From assembly GCA_012842045.1 (NCBI GenBank), contig DUTP01000003.1, forward strand, positions 66,532-130,531: 64,000 nucleotides of DNA, read 5' to 3'. The notes beneath the pieces are model-generated. The model worked only from the letters and a program-made list of their open reading frames with translations, had not been told where the DNA came from and searched no databases. Made by a program: the position numbers and the translations under genes. Below, one piece after another: positions 58,401 through 64,000 of this stretch. Origin of the DNA: Candidatus Dojkabacteria bacterium (lineage in GTDB: Bacteria > Patescibacteriota > Dojkabacteria > SC72). Each line of letters begins with the position of its first letter. Position 1 is the stretch's first letter.

Positions 58401-58460
58401 TCTCTTCTCAACTTGTAGAGGCTTTTTGGTCTTTGCGGAAACTCTTTTTTTGTCGGGCAT
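55428..58460 (-). CDS. nrdD: Class III anaerobic ribonucleoside-triphosphate reductase; intein-containing and lacking the C-terminal glycyl-radical segment
   Basis: ATP cone, HIHDL, YCCGW, SMCCRL, NLEATPGE, YTGGTV, CPKH...CPKC, then stop. Confidence 0.95.
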   Translation of the reverse strand: MPDKKRVSAKTKKPLQVEKRDGRIVDFSRERIVSGIFKAAESVGGKDRERAEEVADEVIKRINEKFKGTVKTKDIGEIVIQTLLDMGHGKTSVAFNLFVDLRNKVKNIKSLIDVNSLINDYIDKSDWQVNENSSKSYSWQGLNYYISTAIQSNYWLHSIYPKEISNANINKDLHIHDLGMLATYCCGWSLEDLLLKGFTGVPGKISSAPPKHFSTALGQCVNFLYTLQHEAAGAQAFSSFDTYLAPFIRYDKLTYKEVKQKMQEFLYNMNVPTRVGCQCVSEDTEILTPDGWKTYEDIEEGVVIKTFNLDSGEIEDQTVTSVFKKKYKGHMFNLKNRIQDQLISPNHRVVRKLFSGDKYILQPVEEVMDLKSPFIIPLSGKNSNKKSAMSDEQIALMAWIISEGSIERGIKTRSCKRVTIYQSKVKNKKKYEEIKKLLDHFKFTYSENTTVGLGNPVVGLRLNAESSKVIHKWFDSDSSVKHIPSSILKLNEEQSRLFLETYMKGDGWGEDRISVTDVDIVNQLQIIATNCGYGSTVLVRKPTIGTKDVFVVRIIKHQETYIKNVKKVDYEGIIWCPHTKNETIIARRKGKVFVTGNTPFTNITMDLIPSGELAEQGVIIGGKVQKEKYKDFQKEMGMLNKAFCEIMVEGDAQGRLFSFPIPTYNITKDFDWDNPDYEPIWDMTAKYGIPYFSNFINSDMSPDDARSMCCRLRLDNRELRKRGGGLFGANPLTGSIGVVTINLPRIGFLAQDKKDYFKRLDDLMDLAKESLIIKRSFIEKYADKGLYPYSKFYLADIKKRFGEYYKNHFNTIGILGLNESLINFFGDTKKDITSKEGRKFGLEIMEHMRDRLKDYQNETNELFNLEATPGESTTYKFAKADKKKFGDAIITAADIGVHKGKNIEPYYTNSSQLAVGATNDIFEALEIQDDFQAAYTGGTVQHIYVGERISSTEAVKNLVRKVAENYKLPYFSLTPTFSICPKHGYISGEHEYCPKCDAEVGYKEGMPFSD
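56670..57626 (-). mobile_element. Intein (319 aa) with LAGLIDADG-type homing endonuclease
   Basis: GCQ|CVSEDTEILTPDGW ... KVFVTGN|TPFTN; LMAWIISEGS and FLETYMKGDG motifs. Confidence 0.93.
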
Positions 58461-58477
58461 GTTTTTAGACAGTAAAT

Positions 58478-58924
58478 TTAATTCTCTAGTTCTCTTATTT
58501 CTTTTTTAATGTCATCTAAATTCTCAAACTCCTTGTATACAGAAGCAAACCTAATATATGCAAGAGGATCCTTATCCTTCAACCATTCCAAAGTCTTAAG
58601 TCCAATATCTTTAGTCTTTACAATCTCCTCACTGTTAAATACAAACCTCTCTATCTCCTCTGCAAAAAGAGATATCTCCTCTTCAGTAACCTTATCCAAA
58701 TCAACAGCCTTTTTAATACCTTTTACTACCTTCTGTATATCAAATTTTTCTAAAGAGCCATCTTTCTTTTCAACACTAATATCCAACTTCTCCAATCTCT
58801 CATATGTTGTAAATCTCTTGTTACATCTTAGACATTGCCTTCTCCTTCTTGTCGAGTTCTCTTCGTTGTTATCCCTCTTATCTACAACTTTTGTAATTTG
58901 ACACTCACAAAAAGGACACTTCAT
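58478..58924 (-). CDS. nrdR: Transcriptional repressor NrdR
   Basis: MKCPFC...RRRRQCLRCNKRFTTYE, ATP cone, AYIRFASVY; start reset to MKCPF. Confidence 0.97.
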   Translation of the reverse strand: MKCPFCECQITKVVDKRDNNEENSTRRRRQCLRCNKRFTTYERLEKLDISVEKKDGSLEKFDIQKVVKGIKKAVDLDKVTEEEISLFAEEIERFVFNSEEIVKTKDIGLKTLEWLKDKDPLAYIRFASVYKEFENLDDIKKEIRELEN

Positions 58925-58931
58925 ACCATGT

Positions 58932-58979
58932 ATACAACATATTGTGTTATGTGTTACACCATAACCCAACCTGTTGTGG
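58932..58979. promoter_or_regulatory. Tandem NrdR boxes
   Basis: ATACAACATATTGTGT (58932-58947) and ACCCAACCTGTTGTGG (58964-58979), 32 bp apart, matching acaCwAtATaTwGtgt. Confidence 0.85.
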
Positions 58980-59142
58980 TTGGTCAACGACTTATAGTAT
59001 GATAATTTTCATCCAAATTAAACTATATTCGTCAATTCAACAGAAATCGTAAAAGAGAAAAATGTTATAAGCTTCATTACAAAATTTTGACAATTCAGGG
59101 TAGGGTAGGTAAGATGTTTAATTAAGTTGTGAATATTTTTTT

Positions 59143-59640
59143 ATGATTATACCCCTAGAAGATTTCCCTAAGTTAAGGGAAGAGAAGTTAAAAGGAAAGA
59201 AGATTGTAGCTACTTGTGGTTTCTACGATCCTATTCATCCTGGACATATTTCTTGTATAAGAGAGTCCAAGAAGTTTGGGGATGTGTTGGTTGTTATCGT
59301 GAATGGAGATCAGCAGTGTGTTACTAAAAAAGGTAAACCTTTTATGCCTGCAGATGTAAGAGCATATATTGTAGATAGTCTTAAAGACGTTGACTATGTA
59401 GTTATATATGATCACCCAACAAAGTATGATAGTAGTGAAGCACTAAAGATTGTTCGACCAGATGTATTTACAAAGGGTGGGGATAGAGTATATCCTCCTA
59501 CAGGACCTTTAGCTATTGATGTTGCAGCTCTAGAAGAGGTAGGAGCAAGGACAGAATATAACGTAGGAGATCCAAAAATGTGGTCTAGTTCTAACTACCT
59601 ACAAGAATGGGTTGATTTTGTAAACTCACAACAGGCCTGA
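59143..59640 (+). CDS. Cytidylyltransferase-like nucleotidyltransferase (TagD/RfaE-II/RibL family)
   Basis: CGFYDPIHPGH HxGH motif, KKGKPFM, RPDVFTKGGDR. Confidence 0.85.
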   Translation: MIIPLEDFPKLREEKLKGKKIVATCGFYDPIHPGHISCIRESKKFGDVLVVIVNGDQQCVTKKGKPFMPADVRAYIVDSLKDVDYVVIYDHPTKYDSSEALKIVRPDVFTKGGDRVYPPTGPLAIDVAALEEVGARTEYNVGDPKMWSSSNYLQEWVDFVNSQQA

Positions 59641-59840
59641 CCTAGGTCTGGCCTTTGTTCAGAACTTTTTAATAAGTTCAACATCTTCACTTCTTACAAA
59701 CCTTTTTGAGGTGTGTGTTCCTGTGTCTGGACTTGTAAGATAGACTGTCTACCAAAGCCGAGGGCTAGGAAGCCTTTTGGCATGTGCACAAACCTTGAGA
59801 TTAAAATTTTCTTACCGTGGGGCAGACCTAGGCCAGACCT
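59633..59840. repeat. Intergenic element bounded by two tandem pairs of 11-bp imperfect palindromes
   Basis: AGGCCTGACCT, AGGTCTGGCCT (59633-59654) and GGGGCAGACCT, AGGCCAGACCT (59819-59840). Confidence 0.7.
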
Positions 59841-60764
59841 CTAAGATTGTTTGAGGTACATATATATGGAGTTTGCAGCAACTACACCTTCACTTGCAGC
59901 TGTGACAGCCTGTTTGAGATAGTTTGAATTTGTAGTACAGTCTCCTGCAGCCCATATACCTTCCATATTTGTTTTCTGTTCTTGATCTACAACGATATAG
60001 TTATGGTCATCTATCTTAACACCCATCTCTAATGGGAGAGTGATATTAGGTTCAGAACCAATCTCTATGAAAATGCCATCTAATTTAAGGCTCTCAGAGC
60101 CATTGTAAGGCTTAGAAAGCTTTACTCCCTCTAATCGTCCATTACCATTAAGTTCAGTCAATAGGGTTTGGTATATAATTTCAATATTCTCTTTCTCTTG
60201 TGCTTGAGAAGCCCATGCAGGTTCTCCTCTTAGCTCATTACCTCTGTAGATAATATATACCTTCTCAGCGATATCAGAGAGCATTACAGCAGCCATAGTT
60301 GCAGCACTACTACCTCCAATTACTCCAACTGTTTTACCTCTGTAAAACATACCATCACATGTAGCACAGTATGATACACCTTTACCTAAATATTTATCTT
60401 CACCTGGTATAGCTAATTTATTCCTATCTGTTCCTGTAGCGAGTATTACTGTTTTAGCTACATACACCTTTTCATTATCAGAAGTTAGTTTGAATATGTC
60501 ACCATCCTTCTTAATATCAACAATACTTTCATTAACTATCTCTCCTCCTTCCTTTTTAGCATGGTTATACATCTTCATACCTAATTCCATACCAGTAATT
60601 TCTTCATATCCGGGATAGTTACATATTTTATGTCCTTCTGTAATAGTACCACCTGGTGTTTTACCAAATACAATATTTTTTAGTTTGTATCTACTTGAAT
60701 ATATGCTTGCACTTAGTCCTGCTGGTCCTGTTCCAATTATGGCTACATCGTAGATTTCTTTCAT
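59841..60764 (-). CDS. trxB: Thioredoxin reductase
   Basis: IIGTGPAGLSA, GVSYCATCDG, WAAGD. Confidence 0.93.
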   Translation of the reverse strand: MKEIYDVAIIGTGPAGLSASIYSSRYKLKNIVFGKTPGGTITEGHKICNYPGYEEITGMELGMKMYNHAKKEGGEIVNESIVDIKKDGDIFKLTSDNEKVYVAKTVILATGTDRNKLAIPGEDKYLGKGVSYCATCDGMFYRGKTVGVIGGSSAATMAAVMLSDIAEKVYIIYRGNELRGEPAWASQAQEKENIEIIYQTLLTELNGNGRLEGVKLSKPYNGSESLKLDGIFIEIGSEPNITLPLEMGVKIDDHNYIVVDQEQKTNMEGIWAAGDCTTNSNYLKQAVTAASEGVVAANSIYMYLKQS

Positions 60765-60826
60765 TTTTATATATGTTTTAAATACAACTTAGACAGATGT
60801 ATTTTAGCACAGATGTTGGTTGTGTG

Positions 60827-60904
60827 GAAAAACGACCTGAGGGAACCGTACACACATGTAAAATGTTGAGCATTAAAGCTCTGTGTACGGTTCCTCCAAA
60901 GGTC
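60827..60904 (-). terminator. Large-loop terminator after orphan cassette 4
   Basis: GGAACCGTACACA 60842-60854 / TGTGTACGGTTCC 60882-60894, outer GACCT/AGGTC, U-tract on minus strand. Confidence 0.7.
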
Positions 60905-61395
60905 TAATTTAATGAAAAGAATTGTGTATCAGATAAAGTCCATATTTGGACTTCGTCCCCGTTTTCCAAAAAAGCTTGTTTTTTGGATAAGTCCCAAACA
61001 ACAGTTTCTATACCCATACCTTTGCAATTCTGTTGGCTTATATATATTGTCCCCAGATCTTTAAAAGAATATGGATTAACAATGGGATTATCCCACTGGC
61101 AAATTTTCTCCCCATCTTTGTAGAAGGAGAGATAATATAAATCATCTTCTTCACGATTTGTCAGTAGTATATATGTCCCAGATGGGACCACTTCCTTTTC
61201 GGGATAGACGATTTCCTGTGCATTCGGAACAATGTTCCCCAATTGACGCTTTAAGGAAGCGTATTCACGCTCCCATTCCTTGTTTTTTTCTTCTGTCTCT
61301 TCCATCCCCTTAAAGAAGATGAAGTTTACCAATACAGCAAATGCGATCAGAAATATAACAACTAAAAAAAACTCTTTGACTTTTTCTTTTTTCAT
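60904..61395 (-). CDS. Orphan membrane-anchored hypothetical protein (SD-led)
   Basis: ATG preceded by GGGAGAAGGAG; N-terminal TM; 163 aa. Confidence 0.7.
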   Translation of the reverse strand: MKKEKVKEFFLVVIFLIAFAVLVNFIFFKGMEETEEKNKEWEREYASLKRQLGNIVPNAQEIVYPEKEVVPSGTYILLTNREEDDLYYLSFYKDGEKICQWDNPIVNPYSFKDLGTIYISQQNCKGMGIETVVWDLSKKQAFLENGDEVQIWTLSDTQFFSLN

Positions 61396-61400
61396 TTTTT

Positions 61401-61582
61401 CTCCTTCTCCCAATATGGGAAACTTTATTTTTTGATTTAATAACGACAAACAAGCATCTAAACAAATAAATGCCTCTATGTCGTTATTAAACCTAGGAGA
61501 ATAATTAGACCTTTGTTAATGAGCAGTTCAGGATCTTTTACAATCCTATAGTATTATACCATAAAATGATAGATAAAAGCAA
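61401..61582 (-). promoter_or_regulatory. Promoter, 5' hairpin, boxA-like motif and structured leader of orphan cassette 4
   Basis: TTGCTT-18-TATAAT with TGG extension; AGGAT/ATCCT hairpin; TGCTCATTAACAA (61525-61513); 13-bp stem 61436-61448/61479-61491. Confidence 0.65.
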
Positions 61583-61583
61583 C

Positions 61584-62351
61584 CTATACCTTCTCTACAC
61601 CCCAACTAAGAGTATTAGTAAGTATAGTAGGGGAATCCTTTCTAACAATAACCATATATTCAAACATAACAGCATTACCACCATTAACAGTCCTAGCACT
61701 CCAATCATCTTCATCAATATGAACACCATCAACATCATCTACAACCTGACACTCTATACAGATAACCATACCATCCTCTAGGAGAGAACCTGTACCTCTC
61801 TTTCCAAAAGCAGGAATCTCAGGGTCTTCATGTAAACTCTTACCAACACCATGTCCAACATAAACACTTAAAACATTAAAACCATTTCTTTTAGCTTCCT
61901 TTTCCATTTCATAACCTAAATCTCCTGTTCTGTTACCTGCTACAGCTTGAGGAATTGCATTCTCAACTGCATTTCTACCAGCCTGAAGTAATTTCATCTT
62001 CTCTTCATCAGCCTTACCTATACACCATGTCCAACAATGATCTGTATACATCTTTTTATATACAATTCCAAAATCAATAGATACTAAATCACCTTTTTTA
62101 AGAGGTATATCATTAGGAATACCATGTACAGCTACATCATTAACAGAGATACATGTGTTATGGTAATAGTCTTTAACTCTCTTAAAACTAGGATGTACCT
62201 TATACTCTCTACAAAGCTCTCCAGCATACTCATCAATTTCAAGAGGTGTTACACCCTCCTTAACCATATCTCCAAGCTTAGAGAGTATCTCTACCGATAT
62301 CTTAGCTGCTTCTGTAATTAAACTTTCTTCTCTATTGTTTTGTATTATCAC
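61584..62351 (-). CDS. map: Methionine aminopeptidase type I
   Basis: CISVNDVAVHGIP, DLVSIDFG, GHGVG, LHEDP; GTG start 6 nt after TATAAT. Confidence 0.93.
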   Translation of the reverse strand: MIIQNNREESLITEAAKISVEILSKLGDMVKEGVTPLEIDEYAGELCREYKVHPSFKRVKDYYHNTCISVNDVAVHGIPNDIPLKKGDLVSIDFGIVYKKMYTDHCWTWCIGKADEEKMKLLQAGRNAVENAIPQAVAGNRTGDLGYEMEKEAKRNGFNVLSVYVGHGVGKSLHEDPEIPAFGKRGTGSLLEDGMVICIECQVVDDVDGVHIDEDDWSARTVNGGNAVMFEYMVIVRKDSPTILTNTLSWGVEKV

Positions 62352-62466
62352 AACTTCATTATACAAAAAGAACAAGAAAACCCCAAATATGACAACAATG
62401 AAGTTAAAAACTTAATGAAAATCTAAGTTAATCTAGATTTAATATCCTTCTTTTAAAATATATATC

Positions 62467-62955
62467 ATGAAAAAAGAAGATAGTTTTAAAGTGAGAAGTG
62501 TCAAAGATTGTTTTAGAAAAAATCTTATTCCTAACAAAGGAAGAATAATTACCAAAAGGAGGAAACCAAGTGAACATGAAATGAAAACAGCCAAACTATT
62601 ACTTGCAAAGTTTGGTGGAACAATTAACTTTTTAGCTGGAAAAGGTGAAATGGGACTTAAAACACCTGATGCTAACTGGTCAGGTAGATTACTTGAGATA
62701 AAAAGAGCAAAAGGAAAATCTAGTGCAGATAGTCAAACTAGAAAAGCTTTAGAACAAATAAAAGGAAATGGTGTAATCCTTCTAGATATTAGTGAAAATA
62801 TAAAAAGTGTTATACAAATCAAACAAGAAATAACACATAGAATTAAGCGAGAAACATCACATAAAAACAAAAAGGATTTAAATCTAAATATCATTATTAT
62901 CAAAAACAGAAGAATTATAGATATCTTGGAAATAACAAAAAAGGTGGAAGCTTAG
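62467..62955 (+). CDS. Stand-alone CdiA-C-like PD-(D/E)xK nuclease
   Basis: HEMKTAKLL...KTPD...LLEIK...KALEQ...ILLD pattern of CdiA C-terminal tRNase-like domains. Confidence 0.6.
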   Translation: MKKEDSFKVRSVKDCFRKNLIPNKGRIITKRRKPSEHEMKTAKLLLAKFGGTINFLAGKGEMGLKTPDANWSGRLLEIKRAKGKSSADSQTRKALEQIKGNGVILLDISENIKSVIQIKQEITHRIKRETSHKNKKDLNLNIIIIKNRRIIDILEITKKVEA

Positions 62956-62993
62956 TCCTGGCACAAAGGGGCCAGGTGGCTTCCACCTCTCTA
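62936..62993 (-). ncRNA. Candidate antisense sRNA or bidirectional terminator
   Basis: TAGATA-17-TATAAT (TGG extended) on minus strand, then AGGTGGAAGC/GCTTCCACCT and CCTGGC/GCCAGG stems and a U6 tract. Confidence 0.45.
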
Positions 62994-63142
62994 CTTAACA
63001 TTATACCAAAATTTAGATGTAATATCTAATCCTCTTGGGAAACTTTTCGATCGAGATCGTGACTCAAAAACAGACACACAAGCAAAGTAAGGTAAACGAT
63101 AAATAACAACAATACAGCTACCCTCAGGGGAGAAATAAGAAC

Positions 63143-63430
63143 TTATTTTTCCCCTGCACTTTCTTTTTTCTCTCCCCAAATTTTTGTATCCTTATTCTTG
63201 TACCCCAACTCGTATTCTATAGATGTTTTAACAAACCAATGTAAGTATGTTTCCAAGTTAAATGTGTGTTCGTTATCTGTATAAGCTTTTAACCCTACAT
63301 AAAGACCTACTAAAGCGGCTTCATATGCTCTGTCATCTTTGTATTTATCTGCAACAGAGATTGTAAAAGCAACAGCTCGTTGAAATAGTTCCCCTTCTTG
63401 TTTGTTTAATGTCCTCTTAGGTTTATCCAT
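63143..63430 (-). CDS. Stand-alone sigma-70 region-2-like protein, 95 aa
   Basis: ISVADKY...EAALVGLYVGLKAY...FNLETYLHWFVKTSI; start reset to MDKPKR, 7 nt after TATACT. Confidence 0.6.
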   Translation of the reverse strand: MDKPKRTLNKQEGELFQRAVAFTISVADKYKDDRAYEAALVGLYVGLKAYTDNEHTFNLETYLHWFVKTSIEYELGYKNKDTKIWGEKKESAGEK

Positions 63431-63473
63431 GATTTCTAGTATAGCCGAATGTTCTCTAAAATAACATGATATT

Positions 63474-64000
63474 CTACCTCCCAACAATATACAACTCACT
63501 AACAGCCCTAGTAACACCTGTATACAACCATCTCCTCCACATATCATCATCCATCTTAGGAAACCTCTCTTCAAAGAGTATAACCTTCTCAGCTTGACTA
63601 CCCTGTGCCTTATGCACAGTTAAAGCATAACCAAAATCAAAAAGATCTATCTCTCTACCAATATTCCTCATAGTTTCTCTCTGACCAAACTGTTCAGCAG
63701 ACATACTCCCATGGAATAGGTTATCCTCTCCATCAAACTGTATATCAACATCATAGTATTCAAGCATATCTGCTAAATTCTTCTTCTCAATCGATTGAAC
63801 TGTACCTAACATACCGTTAAATATTCCTAACTCTGCATTGTTTCTTAGACATATAACTCTGTCTTCAATTTGAGGTTTTGGACTATCAAACTCTAAAAAT
63901 TGCCTAATCCCGTTATTTAACTTCACCCTAGTATGATTGTATCCTACCAGTACCATCATATTCTCATCATATCCAGACAACTTCTCTGAAAGAAACTCTT
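63474..64000 (-). CDS. RecD/Dda-like SF1 helicase, C-terminal part (5' end beyond window)
   Basis: ICLRNN...IFNGMLG, FGYALTVHKAQGSQ, WLYTGVTRA. Confidence 0.88.
   Translation of the reverse strand, partial: EFLSEKLSGYDENMMVLVGYNHTRVKLNNGIRQFLEFDSPKPQIEDRVICLRNNAELGIFNGMLGTVQSIEKKNLADMLEYYDVDIQFDGEDNLFHGSMSAEQFGQRETMRNIGREIDLFDFGYALTVHKAQGSQAEKVILFEERFPKMDDDMWRRWLYTGVTRAVSELYIVGR

Noticed and set aside
58925-58987. N-terminal extension of NrdR
   Set aside because: The region holds the NrdR boxes; the canonical start is MKCPFC at 58924.
59690-59840. About 50 open codons in frame after the trxB TAG (possible read-through)
   Set aside because: TrxB is already full length, the peptide is unrecognisable, and an open stretch of this length can occur by chance.
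61436-61491. attC-like site (AAC...GTT inverted repeat)
   Set aside because: It lacks RYYYAAC/GTTRRRY ends and the unpaired R-L spacer, lies upstream rather than downstream of the gene, and no integrase is present.
1389-62321. Numerous antisense ORFs in the track (e.g. 4565..4828, 6045..6425, 41667..42098, 45830..46342)
   Set aside because: They are shadows of well-supported genes on the opposite strand, with Ser/Ile/Phe-rich composition.
62991-63179. 62-aa ORF downstream of the sigma-2-like gene as its partner or as an immunity protein
   Set aside because: No HTH or other recognisable motif; it overlaps the neighbouring gene and a predicted promoter, and is on the strand opposite the nuclease.
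1-64000. UGA-to-Gly recoding, prompted by three Gly tRNAs in a CPR-like genome
   Set aside because: The anticodons are GCC, CCC and TCC, not TCA; long genes are intact in code 11 and TGA ends gatB and rodA at the expected positions.
1-64000. CRISPR array, integrase, transposase, reverse transcriptase or prophage
   Set aside because: No regularly spaced repeats or such protein motifs were seen, so retron or integron readings of the cassettes have no enzyme support in this window.

Overview
AT-rich, densely coded bacterial chromosome segment in genetic code 11. Gene content and style (cohesin-domain surface protein, glucosaminidase-like protein, cupin PGI homologue, many orphans, near absence of Shine-Dalgarno sites) suggest a Patescibacteria/CPR genome, possibly Dojkabacteria-like; this is inference only. 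Core genes: ftsQ-ftsA-ftsZ-rodA, rplU, rpmA, rplS, parAB, lepB, gatB, rnhB, helD, gpmI, dnaE, uvrB, uvrC, mutL, lexA, nrdR-nrdD-nrdG, trxB, map, plus 10 tRNAs. Main observations: (1) four unrelated orphan loci share one architecture, namely promoter, boxA-like motif, strong SD (seen upstream of no core gene I checked), ORF, a sequence complementary to the 5' leader, and a long hairpin; (2) the class III ribonucleotide reductase carries an intein and is split, with its glycyl-radical motif on a separate unannotated 46-aa gene; (3) a 48-aa half-GatC is coupled to gatB and no gatA is in the window; (4) a stand-alone sigma-70 region-2-like protein; (5) a structured 208-bp element bounded by 11-bp palindromes; (6) a CdiA-like nuclease with a candidate antisense sRNA; (7) many probable leaderless genes. 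All protein calls come from motif recognition by eye; no searches were run.
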